DNA from: an uncultured bacterium
GTDB lineage: Bacteria > Chlamydiota > Chlamydiia > Chlamydiales > SM23-39
Reading direction: 5' to 3'
NCBI GenBank assembly: GCA_964618335.1
Contig: CAZTYI010000003.1
Coordinates: 1-40,320, forward strand
Length of the DNA: 40,320 nucleotides
Part shown: one piece after another, positions 10,124 to 19,245 of the stretch
Layout of the letters: the number at the start of each line of letters is the position of its first letter
Position numbering within the stretch: position 1 is the stretch's first letter
Program-made: the position numbers and the translations under genes
The notes under the pieces: model-generated
Seen by the model: the letters and a program-made list of their open reading frames with translations, nothing else
Database searches by the model: none
Told to the model about the DNA's origin: nothing

Positions 10124-10873
10124 TTACCTCAAAGACTGGATAAACTTGGTTAGAAAAAAAGTAGCAAAACCTAGAAAAGCTAAAGCAGCGATATTCCAAA
10201 AAATAAGAAAGGAAAGATTGCTTTTTTCTTCTCTGATAGTAATTGAAGAAGCTCCAATCATGGCAATAGCAATCAGTAGAAAAAATTCAAACCTAGCTCC
10301 GATAATAAGTGCGGAAGCTGCAAACAGAGAGGTGAAGAGAACGCCTAGTGCAGCAAACATACCCTGTTTTAAAGGGTGTTCGAACTGGCCAAGAGTTAGT
10401 CCCATTTCTTCTTCAATCATAACTTGCAGAAGACGGTTATCATCAGCCATTAAAGTATCAATCACATCATTTAAAAGAGGGCCGGAAAAACCTTTGGCTG
10501 AATAGATCATTTCTAACTCTTCTCTTTCTCTTTTACGGTGGTGTTCGATTTCGTACTTTTCATCTTCAATAATGCGATTCAGTTTGTGTAGCTTTAACCA
10601 AGCTAAGAGAGTGACTTGGCAGATTTTATAAAGAATAAAAACTGCTAAAAAAATAAAAATTAAAAAACGTATCGAAGAAAATTCTAAACCGCTTTTGTCA
10701 AAAATAATAAACAGGATTAAAGAGAGGGCTGCAGTTTCTTTAGCTCCGTTGACTGCCGAGGAGATATGCTCGGGTAATTCTGATTTATAAAATTCAGAAC
10801 CAGCGCCTTTTTTGACAAGGCGCTTTTTAATAAGATTTTGTACGAATTTTTTAGTTTTTGAAGATTTTTCCAT
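10124..10873 (-). CDS. VIT1/CCC1-family (Fe/Mn transporter-like) membrane protein
   Basis: Glu-rich cytoplasmic domain EREELEMIYSAKGF..LLQVMIEEEMGL flanked by TM helices. Confidence 0.75.
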   Translation of the reverse strand: MEKSSKTKKFVQNLIKKRLVKKGAGSEFYKSELPEHISSAVNGAKETAALSLILFIIFDKSGLEFSSIRFLIFIFLAVFILYKICQVTLLAWLKLHKLNRIIEDEKYEIEHHRKREREELEMIYSAKGFSGPLLNDVIDTLMADDNRLLQVMIEEEMGLTLGQFEHPLKQGMFAALGVLFTSLFAASALIIGARFEFFLLIAIAMIGASSITIREEKSNLSFLIFWNIAALAFLGFATFFLTKFIQSLR

Positions 10874-10908
10874 AATTAGAAACTTTCTTCCTTAATAAGA
10901 AAAGAATA

Positions 10909-12186
10909 TCAAGCTTTTAGAATGGTTATCTCTTTTTCTAAGTATTTGTGCAAGATTTTTGGTAGAATAACAGAGCCATCTTTTTGCTGATTATTTTCTA
11001 AAATAGCTACCATCAGCCGTGAAGTAGCGACTCCTGAACCATTTAAAGTATGAACCAGAGCAGGCTTTTCATTGGCTTTTTTAGAACGGATCTTTGAACG
11101 GCGGGCTTGGAAATCCGTACAGTTAGAAACAGAAGAGACTTCGTAATAACGATCTTGGCCTGGTAAAAATACTTCTACATCAACAGTCTTGGCCGCAGCA
11201 AAAGACATATCGCCAGTAGCTAAAAGCATATTGCGGTAATGCAATTCCAATCCTTCTAAAACTTCATTAGCAGAAGCTAAAAGGGTTTCAAATGCTTTAG
11301 TGCTTTCTTCAGGTTTAGAGAAACAGAACATCTCGACCTTATTGAACTGGTGCATACGGATCAGCCCTCTTTCTTTTTTGCCGGCAGCTCCGCCTTCTCT
11401 ACGGAAGCAGGGAGTGTAAGAGACATAGTTAATAGGCAGTTTGTCTTCTTCTAGAATTTCATCGAAGTGCATTCCATTGAGAGCTACTTCTGCGGTTGGA
11501 ATCAGATAAAGCTGATAGTCTTCATCTTTTATTTTGTAAAGCTGGCTTTCGAATTTAGGGAGCTGACCAGAACCTTGCATAATCTCTGGTTTGACAAGCA
11601 GGGGAGGTTGGATAGGAATAAAGCCATTTTTTAAATGGATATCGAGCATGTAATTTATTAGTGCCCATTCCAGTCTAAAACCGATGTTAGTATATAAAGG
11701 CCAGTGAGCGCCGGAAATTTTAGAAGCCCTTTCAAAATCAAAAAGTTTTAACTTTTCATTTAGTTCAAGATGGTTTTTAAAAGGAAAATCAAAGGTTTTT
11801 TTCTGGCCAAAAGTTTTAATGGAAACATTGTCTTTAGGATCGGGAGAGACGGGAACGTCGTCATCAGGAATATTAGGCAGCAGTAAAAGTTTGGCTATTT
11901 TTTGCTCTTCGATAATTTTAAATTCAGCGTCTAATTTGAGAGCTTTTTGTTTCAGCTCTTCCATCTGCTTTAAAATTGGTTGAATAGCAGCTTTATCGCC
12001 CTTTTTAGAGCCGATTTCTTTAGAAGCTTGGTTTTGCTTGGCGCTAATCTCCTCGGTCTCAGTTTTCAGCTTTCTGGATTTTTCATCTAATTCTAAAAGT
12101 TCTTTTAAATCGATTGAAGAATCTTTGGTTTTTAGTTTTTTTTCGATCTCAGCGGGGTTGGCTCTGAGCTGTTTCATATCGAGCAT
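10909..12186 (-). CDS. serS: serine--tRNA ligase
   Basis: N-terminal coiled coil, LIPTAEV, CFRREGG, GLIRMHQFNKVE, EVSSVSNCTDFQARR, HTLNGSG. Confidence 0.99.
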   Translation of the reverse strand: MLDMKQLRANPAEIEKKLKTKDSSIDLKELLELDEKSRKLKTETEEISAKQNQASKEIGSKKGDKAAIQPILKQMEELKQKALKLDAEFKIIEEQKIAKLLLLPNIPDDDVPVSPDPKDNVSIKTFGQKKTFDFPFKNHLELNEKLKLFDFERASKISGAHWPLYTNIGFRLEWALINYMLDIHLKNGFIPIQPPLLVKPEIMQGSGQLPKFESQLYKIKDEDYQLYLIPTAEVALNGMHFDEILEEDKLPINYVSYTPCFRREGGAAGKKERGLIRMHQFNKVEMFCFSKPEESTKAFETLLASANEVLEGLELHYRNMLLATGDMSFAAAKTVDVEVFLPGQDRYYEVSSVSNCTDFQARRSKIRSKKANEKPALVHTLNGSGVATSRLMVAILENNQQKDGSVILPKILHKYLEKEITILKA

Positions 12187-12335
12187 GTGGAAAACTCCTT
12201 TTAGATGCTATTGTTTGTAAGTCCTAATATAAGTCTTATGTTTGTTAATCTTATAATAGATGCAATTTTTTAAATTTATAGCACTTCTTAAGTGCGCTTT
12301 TTATGTTAAATGATTTTTTAATAAAATGTTTCTTA

Positions 12336-12365
12336 ATGTTACGAGGGAAGAGTGAAAATTGTCAA
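12336..12365 (-). promoter_or_regulatory. candidate promoter of serS-VIT1-ATPase
   Basis: Minus strand TTGACA(12365-12360)-18 bp-TAACAT(12341-12336); implies a leader of about 140 nt. Confidence 0.35.
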
Positions 12366-12518
12366 TAAAGGGGTCAAATCCTGAGTTTTTTAAAAACTAT
12401 TTTTTAATCCAATATTCAATATAAAAAATATAAAATTAATTTTAATGTTTAAGCTGAAGGATTTTAAAAAGCTCGGTTTTCAATAAATTTTTATTAAAAA
12501 AAAGCCTTTTCCTTTCCC

Positions 12519-12548
12519 TTGCCAAGGGGGTTTTGGTTATGTTAGTAT
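12519..12548 (+). promoter_or_regulatory. candidate promoter of the UPF0158-E1 operon
   Basis: TTGCCA-18 bp-TAGTAT with an extended TG; the -35 lies within the palindrome CCCTTGCCAAGGG. Confidence 0.45.
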
Positions 12549-12572
12549 AGTTGATTATTTAAAGGTGAAACT

Positions 12573-13712
12573 ATGACTAAAACTACTGTTGCAAAAATTC
12601 CTTTAATCCTCCGTTTTCATCGTTTGATGGATGCTTTTACCAAGTCTAGTGATGAGAGGGATTTTTATCTGGATAAAATAGAAGGCTTTTTAGTGTTTGT
12701 AGACCTAAATAGGGGCACTGAAGAGCTGGAAGCTTTAGAAGCAGAACTACTAAAGAATAAAGAGCGCTATTGTTTAGTGCCTAAAATGACCTTTTTTGAA
12801 ATTAAGAAATTCATGGAAGGCTTTGTAAACGAAAAAGTTTACGATATTGATACTAAAGAAAAACTTTTAGACATCATTAGCTCTAAAGATTCACGCGAAA
12901 CCTTTCTGGAATTTGTCTACGATCAGTTAACCGAATTAGAAAAATGGCAACAATATTACGTAGAAAGATCACGTATTAAGGTGATTGAATGGTTGCGTTT
13001 GAATGATATTCATTTTGTCTTTGAAGAGGATCTGGAGTTTACCAAAATAGTGATGGAAAAACTGAAACGTACTGCTTTTGAAGATAGGGTGTCAAGAGAT
13101 GTATCCACAGCACGGGGTATAGTGATTGCTAAATCTAAGACTTATTATTCTAACGAAGCTTTAAATCCCCGTCCAAAAAGAGGTCGTCCGCCTAAACAGA
13201 TTATTAAAACTGCGATCGAGCCTCAGTTTACGATTGATATTTATACGCATGTGCCATCGACTGTCAGACCTTTTTTATATATTCCAGATATTGCTTCTGC
13301 CACTGCTATTACCTTCTCCTCTAAATTTGACTCTGAAGATCAGCTCTTAGCTTCTTTAAGAGGAACTACGCGGATTAAAGTAGACGAAAAGTTAGAAGCT
13401 CTTTCTGAAAGACTGGAATCTTTGAAAAAACTCTCTGACCGTTTTGCTGGAGGAGATATTTCTAAACTCGATGAAACACTAAGAACTTTCAAACCGTTAG
13501 GCACAACTCAGCAAGCACAAAAACCTCTGCATACTTTTGCAGAAGAGAAAAAAGATATTAAAGTAGAAAAAGCTATTTCTGGATTTTTACCTAAAAAACA
13601 GGGCCGTCCTCAGAAAGAGAAAGAGGGTGAATATAGCGGTCCTAAGAAAAAGGCTTTTTCAATTAAAAAAGTAGCTCCTATAACCCATAAAAAACCAAAA
13701 AAAGAAGACTAA
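12573..13712 (+). CDS. UPF0158-family conserved chlamydial protein with AT-hook-like motifs
   Basis: PLILRFHRLMDAF.KS.DERDFYLD..EGF, YYSNEALNPRPKRGRPPKQ; resembles the chlamydial CT429-type family from memory. Confidence 0.8.
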   Translation: MTKTTVAKIPLILRFHRLMDAFTKSSDERDFYLDKIEGFLVFVDLNRGTEELEALEAELLKNKERYCLVPKMTFFEIKKFMEGFVNEKVYDIDTKEKLLDIISSKDSRETFLEFVYDQLTELEKWQQYYVERSRIKVIEWLRLNDIHFVFEEDLEFTKIVMEKLKRTAFEDRVSRDVSTARGIVIAKSKTYYSNEALNPRPKRGRPPKQIIKTAIEPQFTIDIYTHVPSTVRPFLYIPDIASATAITFSSKFDSEDQLLASLRGTTRIKVDEKLEALSERLESLKKLSDRFAGGDISKLDETLRTFKPLGTTQQAQKPLHTFAEEKKDIKVEKAISGFLPKKQGRPQKEKEGEYSGPKKKAFSIKKVAPITHKKPKKED

Positions 13713-15868
13713 TGAATCCTAATTTTACTTCAGATCAGTCAGTGTCAGCTTCAGAGGCTTCTTTAAAGCCTACTGTTTCTGCACAAGCTAATTTGAAAGT
13801 AGATTTAGGTGGTTTAGATAAGGTAGATCTAAAGAAAGATTCAAATGAAAAAGAGCATGCTTTAAAAGTCTTAAATTTAATGCTTTTAACCCGTTTTACC
13901 GATGATAAAATGAACAAAATGGTAAAACAAAATAAGGGCACAACTTTTTTTCTATCTGTAGCCGGTCATGAAATTATCGGAGCTTTAGCTGCTTTAGAAA
14001 TGCAAGCAGGCAGAGACTGGGCTTTTCCTTATTATCGTGATAGAGCTTTAGCTTTAGGCCTTGGCTGCCCGTTAAAAGAGATTTTAGCTGCTTTCTTAGC
14101 TAAAGAACTACCGCATCATTCTGGTGGCAGAATGATGTTGGACCATTTTTCTGATAAACCAAGAAGAATTCCCCCACAATCGAGTTGCGTAGGTTCTCAG
14201 CTTTTACAAGCTGTCGGAATAGCTAAAAGTATTAGCTTAAGAAAAGCTAAAGAAGTAGTTTATGTTTCAGCTGGTGATGGAGCGACTTCACAAGGTGATT
14301 TTCACGAAGCATTGAACTTTTCTAGCATCCATCGTTTACCGATTGTCTTTGTGATTCAAGATAATGGCTGGGCAATTTCTACTCCTTCGATTGAACAGAC
14401 AGCCGGTGGTTCAATTGCTAAAATGACCTCGGGCTATCCTGGTTTAAAAGTCTTTTCAGCAGAAGGTGCTGATTTTTTAAAGACTAAATCAGTTTTAAGA
14501 GAAGCTTTTGAATTAGCACGTGAGAAAAGTTCTCCAGCATTAGTCGTAATTAAAGTGCCAAGATTAGGCTCTCATACAAATTCTGATGATGCTAGCAAAT
14601 ACCGTGATGAGAAAACCTTAGCCTCAGAACAGAAAAGAGATCCGCTGTTACATTTAGAAAACTGGGTTTTAGAAAAAAAATACATAACTCAAACAGAACT
14701 TGACTCTTTAAAAGAAAAAATAAAACAAGAAGTTGAAAAAGCAGCTGTCGAAGCAGAACAATATCCTGAGCCTAAAAAATCAGAAGCAAATACTAAGGTC
14801 TTTAAAGAATTTACCGTAGAAGAAAGCACAGAATTGAAAACAGCAACAGCTTCTACATCAGATACAGAATCCGTAGAAGAAATTGTTATGATGGACGCTA
14901 TTAACAGAGCGTTAATCGAAGAGATGGAACGTGATAGTGGCGTCATAGTCTTTGGAGAAGACGTAGCCAGAGGCAAAGGCGGTGTGTTTGGTATGACCCG
15001 TACTTTAACTGACAGATTTGGACCAACGCATTGTTTTAATACACCTTTAGCTGAATCTACGATTATTGGTACTGCCATGGGCCTTTCTTTCGACGGTGTT
15101 CATAAGCCGGTAGTGGAAATTCAATTTATGGATTATATCTGGACTGGCATGAACCAATTAGTGAATGAATTAGCTTCACTGCATTATCGTTCTAACGGAG
15201 AATGGAATTGCCCAGTCGTTGTGCGGATGCCTTATGGTGGATATATCCAAGGTGGCCCTTATCATTCTCAGAGTATTGAAGCAGTTTTCACTCATATTCC
15301 TGGATTAAAAGTAGTTGTGCCTTCTAATGCTTTTGATGCTAAACGACTTTTAAAAACAGCGATCAGAGATCCTAATCCGGTCATTTTTTTAGAGCATAAA
15401 GCGCTCTATCGCCAAAGAGCTTTTTCAGCTAGAAAAGAATCCTCAGAAAATGCACTTTTACCTTTCGGTAAAGCTAATGTAGTTACAGAAGGTAAAGACA
15501 TTACAGTAGTCGCCTGGGGTATGATGGTGGTGATGGGTGCTGATGTTGCTGCTAAGCTAAAAAAAGAGGGGATTGAAGTTGAGTTGATCGACTTGAGAAC
15601 TTTAGTTCCGTTAGATCTAGAAACGATTTTAACTTCTCTGAAAAAAACTGGCCGTCTGTTAATTATGCAGGAAGCGGCAAAGACTTCTGGCTTTGCTTCT
15701 GAGATTGCTACCCGTGTCATGGAAGAGGGTTTTCATTTATTGGATGCGCCAATTCAAAGAGTTACTGGCGCTGACTGTCCGATTCCTTATAACAAAGAAT
15801 TAGAAAACGCTGTTCTGCCTCAGAAAGAAGATATTGAAAAAGCGATTTTAGATTTAGTGAAGTTTTAA
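13712..15868 (+). CDS. fused 2-oxoacid (branched-chain/pyruvate) dehydrogenase E1 alpha+beta
   Basis: TPP motif GDGATSQGDFHEALN..IQDN, FPYYRD; beta half GEDV..GGVF, FNTPLAES, EIQF.DY, GGPYHSQS, FLEHKALY; TAATG translational coupling to the upstream gene. Confidence 0.93.
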   Translation: MNPNFTSDQSVSASEASLKPTVSAQANLKVDLGGLDKVDLKKDSNEKEHALKVLNLMLLTRFTDDKMNKMVKQNKGTTFFLSVAGHEIIGALAALEMQAGRDWAFPYYRDRALALGLGCPLKEILAAFLAKELPHHSGGRMMLDHFSDKPRRIPPQSSCVGSQLLQAVGIAKSISLRKAKEVVYVSAGDGATSQGDFHEALNFSSIHRLPIVFVIQDNGWAISTPSIEQTAGGSIAKMTSGYPGLKVFSAEGADFLKTKSVLREAFELAREKSSPALVVIKVPRLGSHTNSDDASKYRDEKTLASEQKRDPLLHLENWVLEKKYITQTELDSLKEKIKQEVEKAAVEAEQYPEPKKSEANTKVFKEFTVEESTELKTATASTSDTESVEEIVMMDAINRALIEEMERDSGVIVFGEDVARGKGGVFGMTRTLTDRFGPTHCFNTPLAESTIIGTAMGLSFDGVHKPVVEIQFMDYIWTGMNQLVNELASLHYRSNGEWNCPVVVRMPYGGYIQGGPYHSQSIEAVFTHIPGLKVVVPSNAFDAKRLLKTAIRDPNPVIFLEHKALYRQRAFSARKESSENALLPFGKANVVTEGKDITVVAWGMMVVMGADVAAKLKKEGIEVELIDLRTLVPLDLETILTSLKKTGRLLIMQEAAKTSGFASEIATRVMEEGFHLLDAPIQRVTGADCPIPYNKELENAVLPQKEDIEKAILDLVKF

Positions 15869-15932
15869 AGATCTTTTATTTTCCTATTAACAATTAATCC
15901 ATTACAATTGCTTCTTTAAAAATGAGAAAAAG

Positions 15933-16727
15933 ATGCAGGGATTTTGTCCGCTCGCTTCCGGTTCTAAAGGCAATTCAATTTATCTAGAGACTGAAAAGAC
16001 CAAGATCTTGATTGATGCCGGTCTTTCTTTTAAAGAACTGAAACGGCGTCTTTCAGAAATTAGCATTGATATCTCTCAAATTGACGCTGTTTTAATCACT
16101 CATGAACATATGGACCATATTGAAGCGCTGAAAGGGATTAATGAGCATACGAACATTCCTGTTTTTTGTAATTCAGAAACAGCTAAAGGGATTTATCAAA
16201 ACTTACGCTTTTTACCTAAATGCAAAATTTTCTCTTCTGATGAATCTTTTGCTTTTCAAGATTTAATTATTCAGCCTTTTTCTATTCAGCATGATACATT
16301 AGATCCGGTTGGTTTTTTGATTTACTATAAAAGCTTAGAACTAGGTAAGAGTTTTAAGCTTGGTTTTTGTACAGACTTGGGCATTGCTACTACTAGTGTT
16401 AAAAAACACTTGGAAGGCTGTAATTATCTCTATCTAGAAGCCAATCATGAACTGAATATGCTGATGGCTTCCAACCGGCCGGAGATGTTAAAGCGTAGGA
16501 TCTCTTCAAGGCAGGGACATCTTTCTAATGAAGAGACTTTTAATCTTCTTGCCTCTTTGCTGCATTCTGATCTGAAACATATTTTTTTAGCTCATCTTTC
16601 GGCAGACTGCAATAGTCATGAGCTTTTAACAGATCGGATGGGAGCTTTTTTAGAGAAGCATAAGAGTAGTGCTGGTTTTGGATTGGCTTGGCAAAAAAAA
16701 GTCTCTGAGTTTATAAAGTTTTCTTAA
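15933..16727 (+). CDS. MBL-fold metallo-hydrolase (YycJ/WalJ-like)
   Basis: LASGSKGN, LIDAG, THEHMDH, HD..DPVGF, TDLG, EANH, GHLSN, LAHLS. Confidence 0.9.
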   Translation: MQGFCPLASGSKGNSIYLETEKTKILIDAGLSFKELKRRLSEISIDISQIDAVLITHEHMDHIEALKGINEHTNIPVFCNSETAKGIYQNLRFLPKCKIFSSDESFAFQDLIIQPFSIQHDTLDPVGFLIYYKSLELGKSFKLGFCTDLGIATTSVKKHLEGCNYLYLEANHELNMLMASNRPEMLKRRISSRQGHLSNEETFNLLASLLHSDLKHIFLAHLSADCNSHELLTDRMGAFLEKHKSSAGFGLAWQKKVSEFIKFS

Positions 16728-16737
16728 TTTTTTTGTT

Positions 16738-19245
16738 TTAAGAGTTATCTTCTTCCGCAAAATCTCTTTCATTTTCCATTAAAATTCTTCTAGGCTTAGA
16801 ACCTTCTGATGGACCGATGACGCCATTTTCTTCTAAAGTATCGATCAAAGAAGCAGCTCTGGCATAACCAATTTTTAGCTTCCTTTGCAGAAAAGTAGTC
16901 GAAGCATTTTTATACTGCAGAACAATGAGCAGTGCTTGGTCATAAAGCACATCGCCCTCTTTGTTATCTTTGGTATTAACAGATTCAGTTTTAGGTAGAG
17001 CATCAAAAGAAGGAATTAAATAAGAAGGAGAACTCTTGGCGCAAATAGCTGCGATGATTTCATTGATATCGTTATCGGAAATATAAGCGCCCTGTGCACG
17101 CAATAGATGTGAAGATCCAGGAGGAGAGAAGAGCAGATCTCCATTGCCAAGCAAACTTTCAGCTCCATTTTCATCGATAATGATTTGAGAGTTAATTCTA
17201 CTGGACACTTTAAAAGCAATCCGGGTTGGGAAGTTAGCTTTAATAATACCAGTAATAACTTCTCTAGAAGGTCGTTGGGTAGCTAAGATCAAATGAATAC
17301 CGACAGCTCTGGCCATCTGGGCGATCCGGGCAATCGGTGTTTCTAAATCAGAAGAAGAAACCATCATTAAATCAGCAAACTCATCAATAATGGCGACAAT
17401 TAACGGCAGCTTTTCCGGTATAGGGAAAGCTAGCTCTGATTCTCTGGCTTTATTGATTTTACGAGCGTTAAAAGAAGTGACATTGCGATGACCCAGCTGT
17501 TTAAAAATCTCATAGCGATGGTGCATTTCTCTAACTAGCCATTGCAGAGCAGCATAAGCTCCATGGGATTCAGTGATCACCGGTGCAATCATATGCGGTA
17601 GCTCAGAATATTGCGTCAGCTCTACTTTTTTAGGATCAATCATTAAAATCCGAATATCTTCCGGAGAAAGGTTCATTAAGATAGACATGACAATAGTATT
17701 GATGCAGACGGATTTACCAGAGCCGGTAGCTCCGGCAATTAACAAGTGAGGCATTTTAGCCAGATCGGCAGTCACATATTCGCCAGAGACCGTTTTACCT
17801 AATAATAGAGGGATGCTGAGCTTTCTTTTTTGAGTTTGATAATAGGCAAGCAGCTCTTTTAGAGTTACAGGCTGAGGATGGATGGAAGGGATCTCTACGC
17901 CGACAGCAGCTTTTCCAGGAATAGGAGCTATAATTCGGATGGATTTGGCTTGTAGGTTTAAAGCAATGTCATTTTCCAGTGCTTTGATTTTTTGGACTTT
18001 GACACCGATAGCCGGCTGGACTTCAAAAGAAGTAATAGTCGGGCCGCAATTGATTTGGCTGACTTTGCCTTCGATGCCGAAACTTTTTAGGGTTTCTTCT
18101 AAAACCTGTGCTTGATTGCTCAGTTCTTTCTTAATCGATGGCATATCAGCTTTAGGAGGATCGGTTAGCATGGTTAAAGGAGGAAGTTCATAATTACTTC
18201 TTAGGCTTTCTTTAACCGTTAAAGGTTTTTGCTGTAGGGAAGGTGGAAGTTGATGATTGATTTGAGTAGAGGCCGTGGATGCTGCAGCCGGCGTTTTAGA
18301 GGGAGTTGCAGATGGAGTTTCTTTTTTGATAAATTTATCGACTCTTTTTAAAGAGGGCAGAGAAATTAGCGGTTTTTTATTTTTGTATATATTTTTAGTT
18401 TGATTCTGATTGTCATCATTATTTTGATTAGTAAAATTGCCCTTTAAAAAATTCTCTCTGAGCTGGTCAAAAGGAATTGTGTTTTTGAGTTGTGGAGAGC
18501 GTGATTCTGCTTTTAATTTTAAGAAAAGTTTTTTGATCAAAGAGGGTAGAGTTTTGAAAGCAGAAATGATTTTTAAGCCGCTCAGCAATAAAAAAGAGAC
18601 TAGTGCTGAAATAGAAAAAAGAAACAGTGTACCAGTTGAGCTGAAGAGGTTTTCTAGGCTGAGGATGGGTAAGTCTTTATAAAGATAATAAGTGGGAAAC
18701 CCTCCTAAGTAACTACGGGTCTGCGCTTGCAGGAAGGGTATGGTTTTATAGATCTTTTCGCTGAAGATTTGGTTTTGGAACCAGTCCATTTGCAAAGTAT
18801 ATTTTTCAGCTAAAACAGTGAGCAGGATTGAAGCACTGAAAAGAAAAATAGTAAAATAGAGTGTGTTTTGAATTAAGCTGAAGTTTTTTTTGTTAGAGAT
18901 GATTTGCCAGCCTATATAGGCCAGGAAAGGAATGATCAAGTAGCAGCTGACGCCGAAAAGAGCGAAAAGGCTCCAGCCAATAGTAAAGCCAACGCCTCCT
19001 AGAAAATTGGTACTAGTATGCGAATAGGAAATCAGAGATAGGGTCAGAAGAGCGCTTAAAGATAAAAAAATTAAGCCTTTTGCTTCGCTGGTTAATTTAG
19101 AGGGAGCTTTTATTTTAGACTTACTTTTAGCTTTTTTAAGTTTGTCTCTAGATCTGGCAGTAGCTTTAGCTTTCTTTTTGGCTTTAGCCTTGGCCTTCAT
19201 TCTAAAAAGGAAATTATTTTTTTTTGTTTTTTTCTTTTTTCTCAT
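16738..19245 (-). CDS. ftsK: DNA translocase FtsK
   Basis: N-terminal TM domain, linker, PHLLIAGATGSGKS, IDPKKVEL, IIDEFADLM, HLILATQRPS, gamma domain LQRKLKIGYARAASLID; ATGA overlap with uppP. Confidence 0.97.
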   Translation of the reverse strand: MRKKKKTKKNNFLFRMKAKAKAKKKAKATARSRDKLKKAKSKSKIKAPSKLTSEAKGLIFLSLSALLTLSLISYSHTSTNFLGGVGFTIGWSLFALFGVSCYLIIPFLAYIGWQIISNKKNFSLIQNTLYFTIFLFSASILLTVLAEKYTLQMDWFQNQIFSEKIYKTIPFLQAQTRSYLGGFPTYYLYKDLPILSLENLFSSTGTLFLFSISALVSFLLLSGLKIISAFKTLPSLIKKLFLKLKAESRSPQLKNTIPFDQLRENFLKGNFTNQNNDDNQNQTKNIYKNKKPLISLPSLKRVDKFIKKETPSATPSKTPAAASTASTQINHQLPPSLQQKPLTVKESLRSNYELPPLTMLTDPPKADMPSIKKELSNQAQVLEETLKSFGIEGKVSQINCGPTITSFEVQPAIGVKVQKIKALENDIALNLQAKSIRIIAPIPGKAAVGVEIPSIHPQPVTLKELLAYYQTQKRKLSIPLLLGKTVSGEYVTADLAKMPHLLIAGATGSGKSVCINTIVMSILMNLSPEDIRILMIDPKKVELTQYSELPHMIAPVITESHGAYAALQWLVREMHHRYEIFKQLGHRNVTSFNARKINKARESELAFPIPEKLPLIVAIIDEFADLMMVSSSDLETPIARIAQMARAVGIHLILATQRPSREVITGIIKANFPTRIAFKVSSRINSQIIIDENGAESLLGNGDLLFSPPGSSHLLRAQGAYISDNDINEIIAAICAKSSPSYLIPSFDALPKTESVNTKDNKEGDVLYDQALLIVLQYKNASTTFLQRKLKIGYARAASLIDTLEENGVIGPSEGSKPRRILMENERDFAEEDNS

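Noticed and set aside
12279-12297. TAGCACTT..AAGTGC palindrome resembling a second CIRCE upstream of serS
   Set aside because: The arms are only about 3 bp apart rather than 9, and the right arm lacks TAA.
12187-12335. Possible T-box leader for serS
   Set aside because: No T-box consensus (AAxxxGGGTGGxACCxCG), no specifier stem and no terminator; the region is very AT-rich.
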